Both the position numbers and the translations under genes were made by a program. A model generated the notes under the pieces. That model was not told the origin of the DNA and searched no databases. It worked only from the letters and a program-made list of their open reading frames with translations. Of a stretch of 64,000 nucleotides of DNA, positions 55,161 through 63,263 are shown piece by piece (position 1 is the first letter of the stretch; each line of letters begins with the position of its first letter). Source of the DNA: a virus. The stretch spans positions 76,421 to 140,420 of the IMG/VR virus record IMGVR_UViG_3300046820_003928; one strand, written 5' to 3'.

Positions 55161-56462
55161 TTAAACTTTTCTGATACCAATTTCTGCCGATCTAATTGCA
55201 TCCCTCGTCGAGAGAAAAGTCTTGATAGACTGTATAGCCATTTCTGCAGATATCGCATAGTTCACATCAAATAATAGATCTATTTTATTGTTTGAAAACT
55301 CTTTGAAATCAATTTTTTCAATAAAACCAGACTTTATTATCTTGGGAAGAGATCTAAGGGTTCTATCGAGCTTTTCTACAAGATTTGGATCCCTCTTTAG
55401 ATCTTCAATTCCAACAGATATTCTCACTGTAGAAGAGCTTAGTCTTTGAATTCTAGGCTCTAGAACCTGAGATAGATTTATGTCTTTTCTAATTCTGTCT
55501 CTTAGTTCTCTTGCATGTAATTCAACAGCCCTTATGTTTTTCTTATTTTCAATTGAAATCTTTCCCTTGGAGACCGTGACTCTGTCTGCAAAACAAACCT
55601 GTCTTGCGAGACCCGTAGATATTGAATCACCTATCGATGCTGCAATAGGATGTTCTCCAAAGATGACTCCTAGATCTGCAAGCGTGTTAACATGTGTGTG
55701 ATCAATTGGAACCTTGACAATCAAAACGTCGAGGTTTCTCATTTGAAAATTTTGAACAAGGGTTTCATACACATCTGGAAGTGCATCAAGACAAAAAATT
55801 ACGCAAGGCTGCTTCTTAGATGATGCATCTTCAATAAAGTGATGAATTTCACTGACCTTTTCAATAATTCCATCGATTAGTGAAACTCTAACCTTTTTTC
55901 TATCCCAGGTCCCTCTAGATAAAAATCTTTGATCTATCGAAAGACCTTCAAATAGATACCCAGACTCTCTGTCAATTTGAGTTTTTGTAGATGGGCTCTT
56001 TCTAACAGAGACAGAGTCTTCAGCCCTTAATAGATCAAATGAACTTGAAATAATGCTTTCATAGACTTGACTACTACTTCCAAATAGTATCTTTAAGTCT
56101 TTTTTTCTAAAAGGAATTGAATTAGATGAAATCTTCTCCATAATTTGTTGCCATTCTTCATCTTTCTCTATTCCAATTGATCTTCTAGACAGATCGTCTC
56201 TAATCCCAGAAGACAAAATCCTTAAAAATAGTTCACCTGCTCCTGCAGCTTTTATCTCTGCCTGTATCGCTGCAGCCTCTATGATTGGAGTAATCAAATA
56301 ATCCTTGTTAGCGCCTCTCCTCATTACGAGAGTTTGAACTGGATCTCTATGAGATCCACCTTGTGTGATTACAGTTCCACTTTTTACGATTTTATCTACG
56401 TCTTCACAGATCTTTCTTGCTCTTGAGATTAGTTCCTTTTCATCTACAAGATCCGTGTGCAT
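55161..56462 (-). CDS. Divergent GroEL/chaperonin-like protein lacking the GDGTTT motif
   Basis: The apical-domain pattern SLIDGIIEKVSEI...QPCVIFC..ALPDVYETLVQN...VLIVKVP...LADLGVIFG and RIQRLSSSTVRISVG parallel GroEL. Confidence 0.72.
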   Translation of the reverse strand: MHTDLVDEKELISRARKICEDVDKIVKSGTVITQGGSHRDPVQTLVMRRGANKDYLITPIIEAAAIQAEIKAAGAGELFLRILSSGIRDDLSRRSIGIEKDEEWQQIMEKISSNSIPFRKKDLKILFGSSSQVYESIISSSFDLLRAEDSVSVRKSPSTKTQIDRESGYLFEGLSIDQRFLSRGTWDRKKVRVSLIDGIIEKVSEIHHFIEDASSKKQPCVIFCLDALPDVYETLVQNFQMRNLDVLIVKVPIDHTHVNTLADLGVIFGEHPIAASIGDSISTGLARQVCFADRVTVSKGKISIENKKNIRAVELHARELRDRIRKDINLSQVLEPRIQRLSSSTVRISVGIEDLKRDPNLVEKLDRTLRSLPKIIKSGFIEKIDFKEFSNNKIDLLFDVNYAISAEMAIQSIKTFLSTRDAIRSAEIGIRKV

Positions 56463-56483
56463 GCTCTCTCTTCTCTAGATACA

Positions 56484-56513
56484 ATAATAGCAACAAAATG
56501 TTCAGTTTGTAAA
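56484..56513 (-). promoter_or_regulatory. Sigma70-like promoter for the chaperonin-like to Hc1 operon
   Basis: TTTACA(56513-56508)-18 nt-TATTAT(56489-56484). Confidence 0.5.
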
Positions 56514-56543
56514 AAGGTCGTGCCCTTTTTTGAGGGCACGACC
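56511..56543 (-). terminator. Intrinsic terminator after prkA
   Basis: GGTCGTGCCCT-loop-AGGGCACGACC, an 11-bp stem followed by TTTTT on the minus strand. Confidence 0.85.
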
Positions 56544-56567
56544 AAATTCTAGACTACTAAGCTCTTG

Positions 56568-58493
56568 CTATGAATCACGCCAGAGATTGTTTGAAGCAAA
56601 TGTAATGATCTCCTCGGCTGATTCTGGAGTGTAGCCGTAGTGAGTTACCATTGTCTCAACCATCTCAGAGTACTTCTTCTGCTGTTCATTGTCGCGGCTC
56701 TTGGACTTGGTCACAATTCTTGCAAGATCCTTGACAGTTGCAATGAGATAGCTCTCAATTGCCTCCTTCAGGGGCTCGTAAGACTTGTAATCGACCTTCT
56801 GACCACGACGAACCTTGGCAAACATGTATGCTGTAACATCAGCTCGGAATCCGTCTCTAGAAGATCCAACAATTCCGATCTGCTCCTCAATTGCACGCAT
56901 GAACTTCTCATCAGGTTCACGCTCTTCTGAGGTGATGCGATCCTTCATCTTCTGCTTGGTTGTGAAGGCTTCAGCGTTGTCAAGGTAGTTGTCAAATAGA
57001 GATTGTGCCTGCTCCTCGTATGCTGTAACGAATGCCTTTGCAATCTCTCCCTCGAGCATCTTGAGGTATTCCTCGCGGATAACCTTTTGGAGTATTTCAA
57101 GATATGACTTCTTCTTCTCTTCGTCGACAATCTGCTCCTTCACCTGCTTAATAAGAGCATCGATGACCCTCATTGGAGTAATGAAGTTTTTATCAGAGTC
57201 TGTTAGAGCAGAGTCGATTGCCTTTGTGATGAATCGAGTTGAAATACCATCCATTCCTTCACGGGCAGCCTCTTCTCTCAGGTCCTTGATGTCAACCTTC
57301 TTTGTACGACCCTTCTCAACAACCTCTTGTCCATCGTAGATCTTCATCTTGGTGAGAAGATCGCACTTCTGAGAGGGCTTGAGGCGGCTCATAACCGAGA
57401 ACATCGCGGCAACCTTGATAGTGTGAGGTGCGAGGTGTGCCTTGAAGTCAGAACGACGAAGCATCTTCTCATAGATCTTCATCTCCTGTGTAAGCTCAAG
57501 GACGTATGGAACCTCGATCTTCACAACACGGTCGAGGATGGCCTCGTTGGTGTGCTCAGACTTAAATCGGTTCCACTCTGCCTCGTTACAGTGAGAGAGG
57601 ATGACGCCATCGAAGTAGAGCATTGAGTTCTTGCCCGGGGTTGGAACATTCTTCTCCTGGGTTGCTGTGAGGATCGTGTGGAGGAACTCGATCTCGTTCT
57701 TGAAGATCTCAACGAACTCAACCACGCCGCGGTTGCCAACGTTGAATGCTCCATCAAGAGAGAGAACTCGGGGATCATTCTCAGAGTACTTGTCAAGCTT
57801 AGAAATATCTTCAGATCCGATAAGAGCTGAAACATCCTGGCTGTTGGCATCCATGGGTGGAACAACTGCAATGCCACGACGAGCACGCTGTGAGAAGGAA
57901 GAGAGAACAACAGGGAAGTTCTCATATTCTCCGTTAAATTCCTCCATCAGGCGGTGTCTGCAAACTGGGCAAAGATCACCCTCAATGTGGACACCAAGAA
58001 GATTTGAAACTTCATCCCTGAGAGATCTTGGGAGAAGATGCAGTGGCTCCTCTCTAACTGGGCATCCATCAAGATGATAAACTGGATCAGCAGCCTTCTC
58101 GAGGGCCTTTTTTACAGCATCAGCAAGTGCGCTCTTACCCGATCCTACAGGTCCCATGAGAAGTAGAACCTGTCTGCTCTCTTCACCCTTGAGAGATGCA
58201 GACTTAAGGAATCGCATGAGCTTAGCGATGACACGCTCATGGCCGTAAAAGTCATCCTTGAAGTAGTTGTAGATTCTAATTTTATCGCCATCAAAAAGCT
58301 TCTTGCATCTTGGATCAGATTCTGGCATCTGCTCAACGCCGTAGCTTGTGATTGAGTCATTTAGCCTACGAGCTGCAAGCTTAACAATCTCAGGATTCTC
58401 TTTGAGAATTTCAAGATAGTCAACAAACTTGCCAGTCCAGGCTTCTTTTTTGCTTTCGGAACGCTGCTTCTTAATGAGATCTAGAAAGTTCAT
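56568..58493 (-). CDS. prkA: PrkA/YeaG-family AAA+ ATPase / serine kinase
   Basis: LLLMGPVGSGKS, CPVREEPLHL, GDLCPVC, NRGVVEFVEIFK, NEAILDR, EGMDGISTRF; start MNFLDL at 58493 with SD GGGAG. Confidence 0.93.
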   Translation of the reverse strand: MNFLDLIKKQRSESKKEAWTGKFVDYLEILKENPEIVKLAARRLNDSITSYGVEQMPESDPRCKKLFDGDKIRIYNYFKDDFYGHERVIAKLMRFLKSASLKGEESRQVLLLMGPVGSGKSALADAVKKALEKAADPVYHLDGCPVREEPLHLLPRSLRDEVSNLLGVHIEGDLCPVCRHRLMEEFNGEYENFPVVLSSFSQRARRGIAVVPPMDANSQDVSALIGSEDISKLDKYSENDPRVLSLDGAFNVGNRGVVEFVEIFKNEIEFLHTILTATQEKNVPTPGKNSMLYFDGVILSHCNEAEWNRFKSEHTNEAILDRVVKIEVPYVLELTQEMKIYEKMLRRSDFKAHLAPHTIKVAAMFSVMSRLKPSQKCDLLTKMKIYDGQEVVEKGRTKKVDIKDLREEAAREGMDGISTRFITKAIDSALTDSDKNFITPMRVIDALIKQVKEQIVDEEKKKSYLEILQKVIREEYLKMLEGEIAKAFVTAYEEQAQSLFDNYLDNAEAFTTKQKMKDRITSEEREPDEKFMRAIEEQIGIVGSSRDGFRADVTAYMFAKVRRGQKVDYKSYEPLKEAIESYLIATVKDLARIVTKSKSRDNEQQKKYSEMVETMVTHYGYTPESAEEIITFASNNLWRDS

Positions 58494-58509
58494 TTTCTCT
58501 CCCTTTGGC

Positions 58510-59817
58510 TTATGAGATTTCAAAGTGTTCATCCTCTACTTGGGTGTGAAGCTTAACTGGGCCGCCCCAGATTTCAGCTATATTTCTAACGCAGTTATCT
58601 GCATAATCAAGTTCAAGATCTCTTCCATCATGTTCATGTCCCAGGATGAGAGTGTCTTTCTTAACTTCATCAACAAAGATGATAGGAATATTGTTTCCGG
58701 CTGAAGAGTTGATAAGAGTCTGTCTGCAGATCTTCCATCCGTCTTCGTCGGAAAGATCATCAATTGTCCAGTCACCATGACGCTTCTTAGCTGAGTATGT
58801 GAAAAGATTTAGTTTCTCACAAATATCTCTGTCAAGATATTGCATAATAAATGATTCATCATTGTGAACTTCTCTGGCTATAAAACATTCTTCAATTCCT
58901 CTTTCTTCTTCTATCTTCTTGAAGAGTTCAAAGCCAAGATGATACGGATTTATTGAGCCACCCCATGGTCGCAAAACTAGGTTGTGTATCCTCAGGAATG
59001 GAATATGCATACTGTCTGGCAGATCTAGTTTATTTAGAGTCTTGTAATGCCAGAAGCTTGCCCATCCTTCATTCATGATCTTTGTTCTAATCTGCGGCAT
59101 AAAGTACTTCGACTCATTTCTTATGATCTCTATAATATCTTTTTGCCAGTTAGACAGATTTTTATTATTTTCTAGAAGAAATAGAAGAAGATCATACTCA
59201 GGCTGAACTGGGAACTTAATCTTATCAAGATCTATTTTTTTATTTGTATTCTTGTTCTTCTCTATAAAAGAATCAACCAGATCTCTTTCTTCTCTTCTAA
59301 ATCTTCCTCTTCTATCAATCTGATACTGGATGCTGTGACAAGCATCGACCAGCTTCTCAACTTTGTCAATTCCAATTGAGGGATCCTCAATGTAGGACTG
59401 AATTCTAGATCTTGCACTTCTAAATCTGGCTGTAACATTATCAGCATCAGTATCTTTGAAAGTCCTATTCATCTTAAAGAAGTCAGAATGACCTACACAG
59501 TGTGCCATGATTAGGATCTGAAGATAAAGTGGGTTTTCAAGCATAAGATATGCAATTGAAGGATTTGAGTTAATGATCAACTCATAGGGCAACCCCTCAG
59601 CTCCTGCATTGTACATGAAGTGAGTTCTTTCAAAAGACTTTCCATAAGACCAGTGCGGAAAGTGAGAAGGCATGCCGTGATACGACATGTTTCCAATCAT
59701 CTCAAAGTAATCACATGTCTCATAGGCAATCTCATACCAATCAAGGCCGCTTTCTCTTGAGACATCACAGATTCTCTTATCCCACTCAGAAAGCTCTTCA
59801 AGGGTCCAATCAGACAT
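58510..59817 (-). CDS. spoVR: SpoVR/YcgB-family protein
   Basis: HWSYGKSF, LPYELIINSNP.IAYLM, AHCVGHSDFF, PQIRTKIMNEGWASFWH, NPYHLG. Confidence 0.93.
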   Translation of the reverse strand: MSDWTLEELSEWDKRICDVSRESGLDWYEIAYETCDYFEMIGNMSYHGMPSHFPHWSYGKSFERTHFMYNAGAEGLPYELIINSNPSIAYLMLENPLYLQILIMAHCVGHSDFFKMNRTFKDTDADNVTARFRSARSRIQSYIEDPSIGIDKVEKLVDACHSIQYQIDRRGRFRREERDLVDSFIEKNKNTNKKIDLDKIKFPVQPEYDLLLFLLENNKNLSNWQKDIIEIIRNESKYFMPQIRTKIMNEGWASFWHYKTLNKLDLPDSMHIPFLRIHNLVLRPWGGSINPYHLGFELFKKIEEERGIEECFIAREVHNDESFIMQYLDRDICEKLNLFTYSAKKRHGDWTIDDLSDEDGWKICRQTLINSSAGNNIPIIFVDEVKKDTLILGHEHDGRDLELDYADNCVRNIAEIWGGPVKLHTQVEDEHFEIS

Positions 59818-61003
59818 TGTCTAGTCCTCCAAATAGTTTTCTAAAGACAGGCCAGATATCCTGTGAATTTCGAATGATGTTCATCTTAAACTTAGGACCT
59901 TGCAGTGAGACAAGTGAACCCCAGGCTGTATCATTAACGTCTTCTTGCCAGTTGTTTCCTGAACGAGATCCTATTAGAATCTCATTATATGATACCATCT
60001 GAGAAATGTCGGCAAGCTCCTTAAACGCAGCCTTTGCTTTTGGATTATCCTCTGCCCAGTTGTCACCATCAGTGCAGTGGAATGCATAGATGCTCCAAGA
60101 GGAAGGATGATATCTCTCAAGCGCTATCTTCTTGGCTAGAATAGGAGCGCTGCTAATATAGGTTCCGCCCGATTCCATCCGTTTGAAGAAGGCATCCTCA
60201 TCGACCTCTTGTGCTTCAGTCGTATGGGATAGAAATACAATCTGAAGATTTTCATACTTGTATCTTAGAAATTGATAAAGGACGAAGAAGAATGATCTTG
60301 CTATGTATTTGATGTCCTTTGACATGGAACCTGATACGTCCATCATGAAGAAGACGACAGCATTCGATGATTCCTTGGGTTTTGACTTGATGTGGTGATA
60401 TCGAAGGTCATCATCGTGAAATGGAAATACCTCTTCACCGGTTACAGGATCGACCTCGATCTCACCTGCACGTCTTGCAGCTGCCTTTCTTTTGATCCTT
60501 TGTACAGCAGAAAGCTTTTTGTCAAGTCGTGGGCGAATTCCCTCAGTTCGAGTACCGTGACGTTTGGGCTTTTCCTGCATAATTGTCTTGATCTTCTTCT
60601 TGTCAAGATCAGGAAGATTTAGAGATTCAAAGAGATACTCTGCTAGCTCGTCTAGTGAGATCTCAACCTCGTACATCTCCTCGCCCTTGTCCTTGCCGGC
60701 CTTGTTTCCTCCGCCCTGCCCAGGAGGCTGCCCTTTCTTGACAACTTGTCCTTCCTCAATGTCTGTGCCAGGAGCAGATCCTATCTTCTTTTGGCCTACG
60801 TTGTCACCATAGACAAACTGCCACTCTTTGATTCCTCGAACTGGAATCTTTATCCGCTTCTTTCCGTCCTGACCAATGATAGATTCCTCAGAGACGATAT
60901 CTGTGATGCCTTCACGGATTGCCTTCTCGATCTTCTTCTTGTGTCGAGAACGATCTGACGCTGATCTATCTGCAGATGATCTATGTTCACGAAAAATTGA
61001 CAA
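59810..61003 (-). CDS. yeaH: YeaH/YhbH (DUF444) VWA-domain protein
   Basis: IKIPVRGIKE, PFHDDDLRY, MIDAS motif MMDVSGSM, ESGGTYISS, TDGDNW; TTG start with SD GAGGTG. Confidence 0.92.
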   Translation of the reverse strand: MSIFREHRSSADRSASDRSRHKKKIEKAIREGITDIVSEESIIGQDGKKRIKIPVRGIKEWQFVYGDNVGQKKIGSAPGTDIEEGQVVKKGQPPGQGGGNKAGKDKGEEMYEVEISLDELAEYLFESLNLPDLDKKKIKTIMQEKPKRHGTRTEGIRPRLDKKLSAVQRIKRKAAARRAGEIEVDPVTGEEVFPFHDDDLRYHHIKSKPKESSNAVVFFMMDVSGSMSKDIKYIARSFFFVLYQFLRYKYENLQIVFLSHTTEAQEVDEDAFFKRMESGGTYISSAPILAKKIALERYHPSSWSIYAFHCTDGDNWAEDNPKAKAAFKELADISQMVSYNEILIGSRSGNNWQEDVNDTAWGSLVSLQGPKFKMNIIRNSQDIWPVFRKLFGGLDNV

Positions 61004-61052
61004 ATCTCACCTCGACATGATAGAATCATACATCACAATGATGCATAGTTCT

Positions 61053-61064
61053 ATACTTAAATAT
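61053..61064. promoter_or_regulatory. Overlapping back-to-back ATANTTA motifs
   Basis: ATACTTA on + (61053-61059) and ATATTTA on - (61064-61058), between the divergent yeaH and peptidase genes. Confidence 0.45.
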
Positions 61065-61154
61065 GCAAGAAAGCACCAGCAATCCCGGGGTTTTCTCATT
61101 TATATCAATATTATCAAAGTAATATTGGTTTCTTTTTTAATAGGAGATTTTGCC

Positions 61155-61535
61155 TTGAAAAAAGTCATTGTGGAAAAAGGTTGCGGACAAAACTCGGATG
61201 CAGTCGCGCTAATCAGCCAGTTTTGTATTTTTGCCGAGGAAGATCTTAACCTGGGAGATCTAAGCTATGGTGTGCTTCTCACAGGAGACAAAGAGAAGCA
61301 CGGAATTAAAACAACTGCCTATTTTAATCCCAACACAAATGATGTTGTCATCTTTACGATGGGCAGACATCCTCATGACATCTGTAGATCAATTGCTCAC
61401 GAGATGGTGCACATGAGACAAGCGAAGCATAATTTCTTCGGAAGAGATAATATCAAGGATGTGGGCGGCTTCTTCGAGGATGAGGCAAACTCAGTTGCCG
61501 GCCAGATCGTGAAGAAGTTTATCGCCTACAGATAG
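61155..61535 (+). CDS. Small zinc metallopeptidase-like protein
   Basis: IAHEMVH (HExxH) plus downstream EDEAN; TTG start at 61155 after AGGAG. Confidence 0.75.
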   Translation: MKKVIVEKGCGQNSDAVALISQFCIFAEEDLNLGDLSYGVLLTGDKEKHGIKTTAYFNPNTNDVVIFTMGRHPHDICRSIAHEMVHMRQAKHNFFGRDNIKDVGGFFEDEANSVAGQIVKKFIAYR

Positions 61536-61541
61536 AAACGA

Positions 61542-61844
61542 TCACCAGCGACGCGGACCAAAGGCAATTCTCTCCCAGCTTTCTGGAAGATCAACAACGT
61601 CCTCAGGTGTGGGCTCGGTGCTCTTGTCATCAGCGTCAACATGCATCGCCTGAACCTGAGCAGCATCCATCTCCTTGCTCTCGATCTCGTCTGGGATCAC
61701 CTCATCATCAGACTGGACGCCCATCTCGTATCCTGCAGGCTCAACCTCGTAAGTAGCCTCTGGTGCCTCAGAATCCTTTCCCTCAAGAATTCGGTTGATC
61801 TCATCGCGAACGATGGCACGAAACTTTGATTCATTGATGCGCAT
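61542..61844 (-). CDS. Acidic small protein with N-terminal R..V.DEI motif
   Basis: MRINESKFRAIVRDEINRILEG followed by an E/D-rich tail; SD GAGGA. Confidence 0.75.
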   Translation of the reverse strand: MRINESKFRAIVRDEINRILEGKDSEAPEATYEVEPAGYEMGVQSDDEVIPDEIESKEMDAAQVQAMHVDADDKSTEPTPEDVVDLPESWERIAFGPRRW

Positions 61845-61862
61845 TTAAAAATCCTCATCCAG

Positions 61863-61869
61863 TAACTAT
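61863..61869 (-). promoter_or_regulatory. ATANTTA putative late promoter (ATAGTTA)
   Basis: Upstream of the SD and ATG 61844. Confidence 0.55.
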
Positions 61870-61939
61870 CAATGAGAAAATTTTTCAATTTTTTCGACGA
61901 CAAATTTTCCAGAAAACCTTAAAAACGAAGAGGGCCCAC

Positions 61940-62719
61940 TTACCGATCTGGAAATATAGAGGAGTCAAGCATGACAAATCTGCCGTCATTTGCGACTCCT
62001 ATGTTGTAGGGTCTAAATTCATCCATATCGATCTTGTACAGATTGGCTGCATTTAGCAGACCTCTAAATGCTCGAGATCGCTCGTAGAGGTCTTCCCGCA
62101 GTTCACCAAGCGTCTTGTCACCGTTTTTCTGCTGCCACGCGGGACCAAATATTCCAATCGAACCTAGACGCTTGTCATCTTCGAAATAGACACTCTTCAT
62201 CTGAAAAGCTGCACTGATGATGCTGGCGTAGCTGTCTTTCTCAATATCATCGAGAGTCTCAGGATTTGGGAGAAGCGGTGACTTAAAAAATCGGATATAC
62301 TCACCGGATCTTACAGCAGGTCTTACCTTCTCCTGGATGATCCACTCGAAATCAGGCGCATGAGCAAATACTTTGGGAAAGATGCCTTCAAGCTCATCGT
62401 TGTTACCAAGCTCAAAATCGTCGCGATTCATCTGGTGACCACTTTCGCCGGGGATAGAATCACCAACAGAGTCTAGGGAGATCTTAATAACTCGATTGTC
62501 TCCAATGGAGAAGGCGATCCGATAGGAGCCCGCGCCTAGAAATCTAATGTGATTTAGAAACTTCCGGGAGATATCACGCATCACCTCGGGCATGGGCTCA
62601 TCACCGTGGAGGGAGAATGCATCAAGAAGGGCCCGGGATAGATCTTCAAAATAGCCTTCACCGGCAGTCTTGGGATCGGATCGAATGTGCTCTTGGATGA
62701 GGGCGCGAAGGATGTGCAT
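61940..62719 (-). CDS. Protein-kinase-like fold protein (atypical)
   Basis: FLGAGSYRIAF...VIKI, WIIQEKV, DEFRPYNIG...VMLDS; likely start MHILRALI at 62719. Confidence 0.68.
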   Translation of the reverse strand: MHILRALIQEHIRSDPKTAGEGYFEDLSRALLDAFSLHGDEPMPEVMRDISRKFLNHIRFLGAGSYRIAFSIGDNRVIKISLDSVGDSIPGESGHQMNRDDFELGNNDELEGIFPKVFAHAPDFEWIIQEKVRPAVRSGEYIRFFKSPLLPNPETLDDIEKDSYASIISAAFQMKSVYFEDDKRLGSIGIFGPAWQQKNGDKTLGELREDLYERSRAFRGLLNAANLYKIDMDEFRPYNIGVANDGRFVMLDSSIFPDR

Positions 62720-62724
62720 GGAGC

Positions 62725-62731
62725 TAAATAT
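62725..62731 (-). promoter_or_regulatory. ATANTTA putative late promoter (ATATTTA)
   Basis: 5 nt upstream of ATG 62719. Confidence 0.55.
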
Positions 62732-62793
62732 TTCGACTTGAATCAAATATGTCTAATCGAGAATCTAGAAACATCATAAAAATTGATGAGCTT

Positions 62794-63246
62794 CTATTTC
62801 CTAGACTTGCCCTTGAAATAGTAGAAGACATCATTCGATATATCGGAATCTCTTTCTAGATTTTTACCATCGTAGCTGACACCTCTAAAGTATAAAGCTG
62901 TAAGAACTTTTTTCGCAGCGTCTTCATTAATCGTAAAGCTAGCAGAAATCATCCACGGATAAATAATCTTTCCCATCTCTATTGATTTCACTTTGGGATT
63001 AGCATGAGTGCCCATCTTATTTGTGAGCTCATTACCCACCATCGTCTGTTCAACCAGAAAATCAAAGACATCCTGCTCGAGATTAGTCATGGGGATCGAT
63101 TTTAAGCCTTTGAAATCGCCAGAACTAACAAAATTACTAATCAACGCAAGATCCTGTCGATATGAAAGAGAACCAGCTCGGGCTGATTCTGCCAGTAAAA
63201 TTTCCTCTCTAATTACTCTTCGTAGATCTGTATCAGAAATTTTCAT
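62794..63246 (-). CDS. Hypothetical protein with N-terminal LRRVIREEI motif
   Basis: MKISDTDLRRVIREEILLAES; SD GGGAG. Confidence 0.75.
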   Translation of the reverse strand: MKISDTDLRRVIREEILLAESARAGSLSYRQDLALISNFVSSGDFKGLKSIPMTNLEQDVFDFLVEQTMVGNELTNKMGTHANPKVKSIEMGKIIYPWMISASFTINEDAAKKVLTALYFRGVSYDGKNLERDSDISNDVFYYFKGKSRK

Positions 63247-63263
63247 GATATCTCCCTTTGTAT

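Noticed and set aside
36721-61003. Bacterial chromosome or prophage-flank origin for the glycan and prkA regions
   Set aside because: These genes are interleaved with fibre, sigma and other phage genes on the same strand and share the same promoter motif. No integrase, att site or housekeeping operon was seen.
60876-61154. N-terminal extension of the peptidase ORF as given in the track
   Set aside because: It overlaps yeaH in antisense and the promoter region; an AGGAG-preceded TTG at 61155 is a better start.
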